A DNA stretch of 64,000 nt. Origin: Alphaproteobacteria bacterium (GTDB taxonomy: Bacteria > Pseudomonadota > Alphaproteobacteria > UBA828). The DNA lies in NCBI GenBank assembly GCA_965214705.1, contig CBDCCI010000002.1, positions 2,592,001 through 2,656,000 on the forward strand, read 5' to 3'. Made by a program: the position numbers and the translations under genes. A model generated the notes under the pieces. That model saw only the letters and a program-made list of their open reading frames with translations. It ran no database searches and was not told the origin of the DNA. Shown one piece after another: positions 9,970-19,003 of this stretch (its first letter is position 1; every line of letters starts with the position of its first letter).

Positions 9970-10572
9970 TCACCCAATATGATTGAGAATAAGCTTGTAT
10001 CCGATATTGAAATCCGGCACGAGCACGCATCCGTAACTGCGAAGCTCCTCCGCTACATCCTCATCGTCGAAATCTTTGTCTCTATTGAGGAAGTAACCTA
10101 CTGACACTTGTTCTGCTCGGAGATGTGAGAGAACTGATGCATAAACTATTGCATCTTGAGGAGAAAAGCCGTGACGGCGCCGATACTCTGCGGCTTCTGT
10201 CAAGATGGAAGCATCTAGTGAAATTACCTCAGCAGACTGCAAGAATCGCGAGAACGCCACGCTCAAACGGCCGTCTTCGTCTTCCGTACTTCTGATTAGA
10301 AAACTCGTAAGTTCACGAAATTCCTTGACCTGATCTCCATAAAATTCAGTTCTGGCAATTTGCTTGAGCTCAGTTTCGACATCCTCCTGTACTTTCGTGC
10401 GCCGCTTTCGTTGACGTACGAGGGCTTCGTACGGTTCAGCCAGACAATAGCCAGGCAAAACTAGATGGACGCGATTTGCCTCGCAAAGCTTCACAATGTT
10501 ATCGCAACTCCTCCATTGCTCTTGGAGCAGTGCGAGCTCAAGGACAAAGTTGGACTCAACGTAGACTTGCAC
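9970..10572 (-). CDS. PIN-domain protein (low GC)
   Basis: 'VYVESNFVLEL', 'SPQDAIVYAS', 'FLNRDKDF' fit PIN acidic motifs; AT-richer than flanks. Confidence 0.75.
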   Translation of the reverse strand: MQVYVESNFVLELALLQEQWRSCDNIVKLCEANRVHLVLPGYCLAEPYEALVRQRKRRTKVQEDVETELKQIARTEFYGDQVKEFRELTSFLIRSTEDEDGRLSVAFSRFLQSAEVISLDASILTEAAEYRRRHGFSPQDAIVYASVLSHLRAEQVSVGYFLNRDKDFDDEDVAEELRSYGCVLVPDFNIGYKLILNHIG

Positions 10573-10581
10573 AAGGAGAAG

Positions 10582-11040
10582 TTATGCCACTTCTTTGAAT
10601 TTGATGCGGCTGTTCTTGATTGCAGTGCGAAACCCCAAGGTCGTCAGCCAGCTCTCGTTGTTGGAATTTTCTTCCGCTATCCCGGACGACCTAATAATAT
10701 CGCCAAGCCAAGTAGATACAAGAAGCTCGAACGCATGGCTGCTTACCAGGTGAGGTCCTACTCTCGCCCTCCTGAGATACGGCGCAAATATCGGTTCTGC
10801 ATCGGCTTCGTAAGTAGGTGGGGTTTCAACGGGATCAGCGCCGGGATCCTTCCATACGTACAGGCGGTCGGGCGTGACAAGAAGAAAGAAGTCGGCGCTG
10901 GAGAAGCCGCTATGAGCAAGAAGGTTTCGTCGGGTCTTGGCGGCCCATTCGCTTGACGTACCCAGCTTATTCTTGATCTCGACGATGGCAGTAGGCCGGC
11001 CGCCGGGATCGTAGAGGGTGAGGTCTGCGCTAGAGTGCAT
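10582..11040 (-). CDS. Small PD-(D/E)XK-like protein (low GC)
   Basis: 'ADLTLYDPGGRPTAIVEIKNK' D...ExK; 9 bp upstream of the PIN gene. Confidence 0.65.
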   Translation of the reverse strand: MHSSADLTLYDPGGRPTAIVEIKNKLGTSSEWAAKTRRNLLAHSGFSSADFFLLVTPDRLYVWKDPGADPVETPPTYEADAEPIFAPYLRRARVGPHLVSSHAFELLVSTWLGDIIRSSGIAEENSNNESWLTTLGFRTAIKNSRIKFKEVA

Positions 11041-11320
11041 CGGTGGTTCGGCGGCTCAAGTGACCCTGATGGGAACTATGGGTGCTGTCCACGGAAAGGT
11101 CAACGAAGACTGATACGCCGCCGATCAACAATGCGGTTGTGTGACCAACTCGGAATACCACAAGGAGCCCAATAAGGCGAGATTTCCGGGCTGGCCCACA
11201 CGGCGAAGCGGCGGTTAGGATCGCGGGGCATCGGGACAGGGCAGGTTCGAGGGCCGCAACGGTTGACTGATAACCGATCACCGACGAGCGGCGCCCCGGA
11301 CGCAGCATAGGGGCTGACCG

Positions 11321-12325
11321 GTGTCTCGTGCCTCTGGCCGCCGTCCCGTGCTCTCAGTCAGGGAGCTGCACACGCGGTTCCGCACCCAAGGCGGCGGGCT
11401 GGTGCACGCGGTCAACGGCATCAGCTTCGACCTGCACGAGGGCGTGGTGGGGGAGAGCGGCTCAGGCAAGAGCGTGACCATGCTCGCGCTGCTCAAGCTG
11501 CTGCCCATGCCGCCGGCGGAGATCGCCTCGGGCCAGGCGCTGCTCGACGGCGAGGACCTGCTCGCGCTCGACCCTGCGCGGCTGCGTCACGTGCGCGGCG
11601 CCAAGGTCGGGTTCATCTTCCAGGACCCGATGGCCTCGCTGAACCCGGTGCTGAGCGTCGGCTACCAGCTCACGGAGCCGCTGCGGCTTCATCTGGGCCT
11701 CGGCCGGCGCGCGGCGCGGCACCGGGCGGCGGCGCTGCTGGAAGGCGTCGGCATTCCCGCGGCGGAAAGCCGGCTCGGCGACTTTCCTCACCAGTTCTCG
11801 GGCGGGATGCGCCAGCGCGTAATGATCGCCATGGCGCTCGCCTGCGATCCCAAGGTGCTGATCGCCGACGAGCCGACCACCGCACTCGACGCCACCATCC
11901 AGGCGCAAATCCTGGACCTGCTGCAGCGGCTCAGGCAGGAGCGAGGCATGGCGATCGTCTGGATCACCCACGATCTCGGCGTGGTTGCGGGCCTCGCGGA
12001 CCGGGTGATGGTGATGTACGGCGGCCAGGTGGTGGAGCGGGCGGACGTGCGCTCGCTCTACGCCAGGCCGCAGCACCCCTACACGCGGAGCCTGCTGCGC
12101 GCATTGCCGAAGCTGGAGGGCGGCAGCAGCGGCGAGCGGCTCGCCAGCATTCCGGGTCAGCCGCCGACCCTGGTGCAGACGCCCGATGCCTGCTCCTTCG
12201 CGCCGCGCTGCGCCCACGCCTTCACCCGTTGCCGGGCGGAGAATCCGGCACTCGCCCCGGTGACGGAGGGCCACGAGGTCGCCTGCTGGTACGACGCCGA
12301 CGCCGGAGTGCCCCGTGCCGCCTAG
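11321..12325 (+). CDS. Oligopeptide/dipeptide ABC ATPase (OppD/DppD-like)
   Basis: [24 protein letters not shown]-terminal Cys cluster. Confidence 0.92.
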   Translation: MSRASGRRPVLSVRELHTRFRTQGGGLVHAVNGISFDLHEGVVGESGSGKSVTMLALLKLLPMPPAEIASGQALLDGEDLLALDPARLRHVRGAKVGFIFQDPMASLNPVLSVGYQLTEPLRLHLGLGRRAARHRAAALLEGVGIPAAESRLGDFPHQFSGGMRQRVMIAMALACDPKVLIADEPTTALDATIQAQILDLLQRLRQERGMAIVWITHDLGVVAGLADRVMVMYGGQVVERADVRSLYARPQHPYTRSLLRALPKLEGGSSGERLASIPGQPPTLVQTPDACSFAPRCAHAFTRCRAENPALAPVTEGHEVACWYDADAGVPRAA

Positions 12326-12590
12326 CCCGCATATTTCACCAGGGTCACGGCCTGCGTCGCGCCCAGGCGTTCGAGCCGCCAGGAGCGGGCCGAAAAGCGT
12401 ATCGGGGACTACGGTTGAGGCCCGCGACGCCGCGGGCGGGCGCCTGGGCGCGACCCGAAGGGCGGCGCTATCCGGCCGACAGCGAGCGTCACGTCGCTTG
12501 CCCGATGTCCCCGCATCGCGCTGCGCGCCGTTCCTACTCTGTCGGCCGGACAGCACCGCGCAGACCATGACCGTGGTGAGATATGCGGGC
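12325..12590. mobile_element. 266-bp MITE with TA target duplication
   Basis: 32-bp TIRs 12325-12356 and 12559-12590 (28/32 match, outer GCCCGCATAT perfect); TA at 12323-24 and 12591-92; two internal perfect stems; no transposase. Confidence 0.85.
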
Positions 12591-13566
12591 TAAACCGGAG
12601 CCCCTCGTCGCGGTCGAGAACCTGACCAAGCACTTCCCGATCCTGCGCGGGGTCCTCCGCCGCCAGGTGGGCAGCGTGCGCGCGGTGGACGGTCTCGACT
12701 TCGCGATCCATCCGCGCGAGACGCTGGGTCTCGTGGGCGAGAGCGGCTGCGGCAAGTCGACCGTCGGCCGCGTGATCCTGCGCCTCTACACGCCGACGGC
12801 GGGGCGGGTGAGGTTTCGCGGCGACGACATCACAGCGCTCCAGGGCGAGGCGCTGCGCCGGCTGCGCCCGCACATGCAGATGATCTTCCAGGACCCGCAG
12901 GACAGCCTGAACCCGCGCATGACCGTGGGCAGCATCGTGGGCGAGCCGCTGCGCGAGCACGGGGTGGCGGCGGGGGCGGCGCTGAGGGAGCGCGTGGAGG
13001 CGTTGCTGGATGCCGTGGGCCTCGACCCCGCCTTCGCCAACCGCTACCCGCACGAGTTCTCCGGCGGGCAGCGCCAGCGCATCGGCGTCGCCCGGGCGCT
13101 CGCGCTCAACCCCGAGTTCGTCGTCTGCGACGAGCCCATTGCGGCGCTCGACGTCTCGATCCAGGCGCAGGTGGTGAACCTGCTGAAGGAGCTTCAGGAG
13201 CGCCTCGGCCTCACCTATCTCTTCATCTCCCACGACCTGCGCATGGTGCGCCACGTCGCCGATCGTGTGGCGGTGATGTATCTCGGCAAGATCGTCGAGC
13301 TGGCTGCGAGCGATGCGCTCTACGAGGAGCCGCTGCACCCCTACACGCGCGCGCTGCTCTCGGCGGTGCCGACGCACGATCCCGAGCGCGAGGCCCGGCG
13401 GAAGCGCATCATCCTGGAGGGCGACGTGCCGAGCCCTGCCGCACCGCCGCCGGGCTGCCGCTTCAGCACCCGCTGCCCGGTGGCGGTGGCGGAATGCTCG
13501 GAGAGAGCGCCGGAGTGGCGGACGCTCCGCCCCGGCCACCAGGTTGCTTGTCACCTGGCGGAATGA
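12583..13566 (+). CDS. Oligopeptide/dipeptide ABC ATPase (OppF/DppF-like); current ATG lies in the MITE TIR
   Basis: [20 protein letters not shown], 'VACH'. Confidence 0.92.
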   Translation: MRAKPEPLVAVENLTKHFPILRGVLRRQVGSVRAVDGLDFAIHPRETLGLVGESGCGKSTVGRVILRLYTPTAGRVRFRGDDITALQGEALRRLRPHMQMIFQDPQDSLNPRMTVGSIVGEPLREHGVAAGAALRERVEALLDAVGLDPAFANRYPHEFSGGQRQRIGVARALALNPEFVVCDEPIAALDVSIQAQVVNLLKELQERLGLTYLFISHDLRMVRHVADRVAVMYLGKIVELAASDALYEEPLHPYTRALLSAVPTHDPEREARRKRIILEGDVPSPAAPPPGCRFSTRCPVAVAECSERAPEWRTLRPGHQVACHLAE

Positions 13567-13631
13567 TGACAGATGATGCGGGGTGTGCCGACAGGCGCGC
13601 GCCCCTTCCCTCCCAACTGGAGGTCCGCGGC

Positions 13632-15344
13632 ATGATCGGAAGAAGCTTGTTCACACTGGCTATCGCGGCGCTCGCGGTAGCTACGCTCTCGACCTCGGCA
13701 TTGGCCGAGCGCGGCCGCGACGGCCAACTGAAAATCCTCTATTGGCAGGCGGTCTCGACCGTCAATCCTTACCTCTCCGGCGGCACCAAGGACATCGAGG
13801 CGGCATCGCTAGTGCTGGAGCCACTGGCCCGCTACGACGAGACGGGGACCATGACGCCTGCGCTCGCCGCCGACATTCCTACCGTGGAGAACGGCGGCGT
13901 GGCGGCCGACCTGATGTCCATCACCTGGCCGCTCAGGCAGGATATCGTGTGGTCCGACGGCACGCCGTTCACCGCCGCCGACGTGGTGTTCTCCGCCGCG
14001 TACTGTCTGAACGAGGAGATGGGCTGCAATCCCCTCTCCAGCTTCACCGATGTCACCAAGGTGGAGGCGTTGGACGACCACACCGTGCGCATCAACTTCG
14101 GCGTGGCCAAGCCCTTCCCCTATGGGCCGTTCGTGGGCTCCACCTCGCCCATTCTGCAGAAGGCGCAGTTCGAGAACTGCACCGGCGCCAAGGCGCAGAC
14201 CTGCACGGAGCAGAATTTCGGACCCATCGGCACCGGCCCCTTCAAGGTGGACGAGTTCCGCGCCAACGACGTCATTATCTTCTCGGCCAACGAGAACTAT
14301 CGCGAGCCCGACAAGCCCGCCTTCGCCACCGTCACCTTCAAGGGCGGCGGGGATGCCACCTCGGCCGCGCGCGCCGTGCTCTCCACCGGCGAGTTCGATT
14401 ACGCCTGGAACCTGCAGATCGAGCCCGAAGTGCTGGAGCAGATGGTGGCGAACGGCAAGGGCCAGGTGGTCGCCGGCTTCGGCACGATGGTGGAGCGTCT
14501 GGTGGTCAATCAGACCAACAACTCCCCCGACCTCGGCAAGGACAAGCGCTCACTCCACCTCGACGGCACCAACCCGCACCCCTTCCTCTCCGACCCGGCG
14601 GTAAGCCGCGCTTTGTCACTGGCCATCGACCGCCAGATCCTGGTCGACTTCGGCTACGGCGCGGCCGGTCAAGCCACCTGCAACGTCCTGCCCGCGCCGC
14701 CGGTCTACGCGTCGGACGCCAACGATGCCTGCACGACCCAGGATATCGAGGAGGCCAACCGCATCCTCGACGAGGCCGGCTGGCTGCCGGGCGATGACGG
14801 CGTGAGGGAGAGAGACGGCGTGCGCCTTTCAATCCTCTACCAGACCTCCACCAACTCGGTACGCCAGGGGACCCAGGCGCTGATCAAGCAGATGTGGGGG
14901 CAGATCGGGGTCGAGACGGAGCTGCGCAATATCGATGCGGCGGTGTTCTTCGGCGGCGACCCGGCGAGTCCCGATACCTACATGAAGTTCTACGCCGACA
15001 TCCAGATGTACACGAACAACTTCGACGGCGTGGATCCCGAGGCCTACATGGCCAACTGGCGGTGCTCGGAAATCCCCGGGCCCGAGAACCAGTGGCTCGG
15101 CGGCAACATCGCACGCGCCTGCAATGCGGAGTACGACGCCCTCGCTGCGGAGATGGCCGTGACGGCATCGCTGGACGAACGTGCCGACATCGGCAAGCGG
15201 ATGAACGACATCATCGTGCAGAACCAGTATGTGATCCCGCTGATCTGGCGGGCGAGGGTCTCGGCGCATGCGAACACGCTGAAGGGCGTACGCGTGAACC
15301 CCTGGGATTCGGAGCTGTGGAACATCGCGGACTGGCATCGCTGA
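13632..15344 (+). CDS. Peptide ABC transporter substrate-binding protein (family 5)
   Basis: GGAGG RBS, signal peptide, 'WSDGTPFTAADV', 'PIGTGPF'. Confidence 0.93.
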   Translation: MIGRSLFTLAIAALAVATLSTSALAERGRDGQLKILYWQAVSTVNPYLSGGTKDIEAASLVLEPLARYDETGTMTPALAADIPTVENGGVAADLMSITWPLRQDIVWSDGTPFTAADVVFSAAYCLNEEMGCNPLSSFTDVTKVEALDDHTVRINFGVAKPFPYGPFVGSTSPILQKAQFENCTGAKAQTCTEQNFGPIGTGPFKVDEFRANDVIIFSANENYREPDKPAFATVTFKGGGDATSAARAVLSTGEFDYAWNLQIEPEVLEQMVANGKGQVVAGFGTMVERLVVNQTNNSPDLGKDKRSLHLDGTNPHPFLSDPAVSRALSLAIDRQILVDFGYGAAGQATCNVLPAPPVYASDANDACTTQDIEEANRILDEAGWLPGDDGVRERDGVRLSILYQTSTNSVRQGTQALIKQMWGQIGVETELRNIDAAVFFGGDPASPDTYMKFYADIQMYTNNFDGVDPEAYMANWRCSEIPGPENQWLGGNIARACNAEYDALAAEMAVTASLDERADIGKRMNDIIVQNQYVIPLIWRARVSAHANTLKGVRVNPWDSELWNIADWHR

Positions 15345-15450
15345 CGCGGTCAGCCGGCCGATCCAACGGCCCAAGGCCGTCGAGTTGGTAGGCGGTGCGC
15401 GGCAATCGACCGCGCGCCGCCTCGATGAATCAGGGTAACCGGCGCGGACG

Positions 15451-16464
15451 ATGAGCCACTACATCATTCGCCGCCTGCTCTTCGCAGTGCCGACGCTGAT
15501 CGCAATCAGCTTCATCCTCTTCGCCCTCCTCGACCTCGCGCCCAACGACCCCACCGGCCAGCTCCCGCTCACCATCCCGGCGGAAGCGCGCGAGCAGATT
15601 CGCGAATCGCTCGGGCTCGGGGAGGCCTTCCACATCCGCTACGCCAAGTGGATGGAGCAGTTCTTCGTCAACGAGCCGCTCAACCTCATCGAGCGGGCGT
15701 TTGGCGTGGAGATCGGCGCTTCCGAGGAGCGCTTGCGGGTGCGCTCCTGGGCGACGCGCAGCCCGGTCGTGGACCTCATCATCGAGCGGCTGCCGCAGAC
15801 GCTCTGGGTGGTCGGGCTCTCCTATCTGATCGGAATCCTCATCGCGATCCCGATCGGCATCATCTCGGCCTACCGGCAGTATTCGTGGTTCGACCAGCTC
15901 GGCACCTTCATCTCCATGATCGGCTTCTCGGTGCCGACCTTCTTTACTGGGCTGCTCGCGATCATCGTCTTCAGTGTCACCCTGCAATGGCTGCCATCGA
16001 TCTACGACACGACGCACCGGGTGACCGATCTCTCGAGCTTCTGGGTGCAGATCAAGCAGATGGCGATGCCGGTGATGGTGCTCGCGCTCTTCAACGCGGC
16101 CCAGATCAGCCGCTTCATACGCGCCGCCGTGCTGGACAACCTGACGCAGGACTACGTGCGCACCGCGCGCGCCAAGGGCCTGCGCGAGCGGGTCGTGCTG
16201 TTCATCCACGTGCTGCGCAACAGCCTGATCCCGGTGGTGACGCTGATCGCGCTTGGCATCCCCACCGTCTTCGGCGGCGCCATCATCACGGAGAAGATCT
16301 TTCGGGTGAACGGCATCGGCGAGCTCCTGATCACCGCGATCCAGGGCGCTGACATTCCCCTGGTGCAGACGCTCTCCTTTCTATTCGCGGTGCTGATCGT
16401 GATCTTCAACCTGATCGCGGATGTGCTGTACGGCATCCTCGATCCGCGCATCCGCTACGGCTGA
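15451..16464 (+). CDS. Peptide ABC permease (OppB-like)
   Basis: 'YVRTARAKGL', 'HVLRNSLIP', 'LDPRIRY'. Confidence 0.93.
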   Translation: MSHYIIRRLLFAVPTLIAISFILFALLDLAPNDPTGQLPLTIPAEAREQIRESLGLGEAFHIRYAKWMEQFFVNEPLNLIERAFGVEIGASEERLRVRSWATRSPVVDLIIERLPQTLWVVGLSYLIGILIAIPIGIISAYRQYSWFDQLGTFISMIGFSVPTFFTGLLAIIVFSVTLQWLPSIYDTTHRVTDLSSFWVQIKQMAMPVMVLALFNAAQISRFIRAAVLDNLTQDYVRTARAKGLRERVVLFIHVLRNSLIPVVTLIALGIPTVFGGAIITEKIFRVNGIGELLITAIQGADIPLVQTLSFLFAVLIVIFNLIADVLYGILDPRIRYG

Positions 16465-16467
16465 ACG

Positions 16468-17397
16468 ATGCCGGCCGCGCAATCTTCCGACCTCACCGCC
16501 CCCTCGCGCGGGTTGCAGCGACACCGCTCGCTCTGGATGGACGTGTGGCTCGCCTTCCGCAACCACACGGGCGCGCTGGTGGGCGCAGGCGTATTCATCG
16601 CGATCTCGCTTGCGGTCGCCCTCGGCCCGCTGATCCACACCGTGGACCCGCACTATCTCGACATCCTGGCGAAGAACGAGGGACCCTCGCTCAAGCATCC
16701 GATGGGGACCGACAACCTCGGCCGCGACACGCTGGCCCAAGTGCTGGCGGGCGGGCGCATCTCGCTCGCCGTCGGCTTCACCGCGATGATGATCGCGCTG
16801 GTGCTCGGCACCCTGGTGGGCGTGCTCGCGGGCTACTTCAGGCAGATCGACGGCCTCCTGATGCGGCTCACCGACATGTTCCTGGCGCTGCCGCTGCTGC
16901 CGCTGCTGCTGGTGGTCATCATGCTGTTCCGCGACAGCCTGCGCGCCGCCTTCGGCCCGGAGACCGGGATCTTCCTGCTGGTGGTGTTCATCATCGGCAT
17001 CACCAGCTGGATGCAGACCGCGCGCATCGTCCGGGGCGACGTGCTGGCGCTCCGGGAGCGCGAGTTCGTGACCGCGGCGCGGAGCATCGGCACGCGCAGG
17101 CGGCGCATCATCACCCGCCACATCCTGCCCAACGTGCTGAGCCCGATCATGGTCTCGGCGACGCTCGGCATCGCCAACGCGATCATCACGGAATCGGCGC
17201 TCTCGTTCTTAGGCCTGGGTTTCCCGCCCGACTTCCCGACGTGGGGGCGGCTGCTCTTCGACGGCGCCAACTTCATCTCGGTCACGCCGGAGCGCGTGCT
17301 CTGGCCCGGACTGGCGATCTCGCTCACGGTGCTGAGCGTCAACTACATCGGCGACGGCCTGCGTGACGCGCTCGATCCGCGGCTCAGGGGTGCGTAG
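16468..17397 (+). CDS. Peptide ABC permease (OppC-like)
   Basis: 'HPMGTDNLGRD', 'RHILPN', 'GDGLRDALDPR'. Confidence 0.93.
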   Translation: MPAAQSSDLTAPSRGLQRHRSLWMDVWLAFRNHTGALVGAGVFIAISLAVALGPLIHTVDPHYLDILAKNEGPSLKHPMGTDNLGRDTLAQVLAGGRISLAVGFTAMMIALVLGTLVGVLAGYFRQIDGLLMRLTDMFLALPLLPLLLVVIMLFRDSLRAAFGPETGIFLLVVFIIGITSWMQTARIVRGDVLALREREFVTAARSIGTRRRRIITRHILPNVLSPIMVSATLGIANAIITESALSFLGLGFPPDFPTWGRLLFDGANFISVTPERVLWPGLAISLTVLSVNYIGDGLRDALDPRLRGA

Positions 17398-17412
17398 TGC
17401 GCACACACCCGA

Positions 17413-17652
17413 TTGTCAGGTCGTAACGACTACCACGTCAGGCTAATTCGCCCCGGCCTAACCGAGACGTTCGAGACACCGGACTATCTCGCCGAGGCGG
17501 GCGTCGAATATGCCGCCGACTACTTGATGGACGACCAGCCTTTCGGCATCCAGACCAAACACGGTACGCTCGCATCCATCCCCTATATGGTGGAGCCGAA
17601 CGACATCCCGATGACGCTCATCCGGCGCAATGGCGGGGAAACGCGCTCATGA
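17413..17652 (+). pseudogene. Internal fragment of a polysaccharide deacetylase/PuuE-like gene
   Basis: 'PGLTETFETPDYLAEAGVEY..D..MDDQPF...IPY.VE.NDIP' matches the mid-region of this family; both termini missing. Confidence 0.7.
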
Positions 17653-18509
17653 AACCTGCTCCATTCGCCTACGTCAGGCCGGCAAGCCTCGAAGACGCCA
17701 TCGCCGTGCTGGACGAACACGGGGAAGACGCGAGAGTCCTCGCCGGCGGCCAGAGCCTGATGGCCACCCTCAACATGCGGCTCTCCGCGCCTGAGGTGCT
17801 GGTCGATATCGGCCGCGTGCCGGGCCTTGCGGGCATCGAGGAAACCGACGATGGGCTTCGGATCGGCGCCATGACCCGCCATGCGGAGGTGGAGGCCTCG
17901 GACCTCGTCGCCTCCCGCGCGCCGCTCATCGCCAGCGCCATGCCGCATATCGCCCATCCGGCGGTGCGCAATTGCGGCACATTCGGCGGCTCCATTGCGT
18001 TGGCCGACCCGGCGGCCGAGCTCCCGGCCTGCGCGGTTGCCCTCGGCGCGCGCATGACGATTGCGGGCAAGGGCGGCACCCGAACCGTGGCTGCGGACGC
18101 GTTCTTCCGGGGCCTCTACGAGACCGCGCTCGAGCCGGGCGAGGTGCTGACCGCAGTCGAGGTGCCGGACATCGGCGCGGGCTGGAAGTCGGGCTTCATG
18201 GAGCTGGCGCGGCGGCACGGCGACTACGCGATCATCGGCCTCGCCGCCCATTTCGAGATGAAGAACGGCAGGTTCGGCCAAGGCCGCCTCGTCTTCTTCG
18301 GGGTGGGCGAGCGGCCGGTCTCCGCCGTGCGGAGCGCGGCGCTGCTCGAAGGCGAGAGCTGGTCGGACGCCCTCGGCGACCGGCTCGCCGATGCGCTCAA
18401 GCAGGAGCTCGACCCGTTCGAGGACCTGAATGCGGATGCGGCGATGCGCCGCCATCTCGCCGGGGTGCTCGTCCAGCGGACCCTCGGTCCGCTTGCGGCG
18501 GCGGCCTGA
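17649..18509 (+). CDS. Molybdenum hydroxylase FAD subunit (CoxM/CutM-like)
   Basis: 'MKPAPFAY', 'LAGGQSL', 'RNCGTFGGS..ADPAAE'. Confidence 0.92.
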   Translation: MKPAPFAYVRPASLEDAIAVLDEHGEDARVLAGGQSLMATLNMRLSAPEVLVDIGRVPGLAGIEETDDGLRIGAMTRHAEVEASDLVASRAPLIASAMPHIAHPAVRNCGTFGGSIALADPAAELPACAVALGARMTIAGKGGTRTVAADAFFRGLYETALEPGEVLTAVEVPDIGAGWKSGFMELARRHGDYAIIGLAAHFEMKNGRFGQGRLVFFGVGERPVSAVRSAALLEGESWSDALGDRLADALKQELDPFEDLNADAAMRRHLAGVLVQRTLGPLAAAA

Positions 18510-18520
18510 GGGAGGGAGCG

Positions 18521-19003
18521 ATGGACCGGACTGTCGAAATCGGCCTGCGGGTCAACGGCGAACGGGCGAGCCGCCGCATCGAGGCGCGGATGAACCTGGT
18601 GGACTTCCTGCGCGAGGAGCTCGGCCTCACCGGCAGCCATGTCGGCTGCGAGCACGGCGTGTGCGGCGCCTGCACCGTGCGGGTGGACGGGCGCATCGTG
18701 CGCGGCTGCCTCATGCTGGCCGCGCAGGCGGACGGCGCCGATGTCTGGACCATCGAGGGGCTGAGCGATACCGGCGAGATCCGCGACCTCCAGGAGGCAT
18801 TCGTCGAGCGCAACGCGCTCCAGTGCGGCTACTGCACCCCCGGCATGCTGCTGACCTGCGCCGAGCTGAGGGAGCGCAATCCGGGCGCGAGTCGGCAGGA
18901 GATCCGCGAATTCATCTCCGGAAACTACTGCCGGTGTACGGGCTACGAGGCGATCGTGGATGCGTTCGAGATGGCCCGCGCGCGCCAAGGAGGCCCGTCA
19001 TGA
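18521..19003 (+). CDS. Molybdenum hydroxylase [2Fe-2S] subunit (CoxS-like)
   Basis: GCEHGVCGACT, QCGYCTPG, GNYCRCTGY. Confidence 0.95.
   Translation: MDRTVEIGLRVNGERASRRIEARMNLVDFLREELGLTGSHVGCEHGVCGACTVRVDGRIVRGCLMLAAQADGADVWTIEGLSDTGEIRDLQEAFVERNALQCGYCTPGMLLTCAELRERNPGASRQEIREFISGNYCRCTGYEAIVDAFEMARARQGGPS

Noticed and set aside
11030-11308. ORF with 'GHTTALL' resembling a nickel transporter segment
   Set aside because: Too short and degenerate to support a call.
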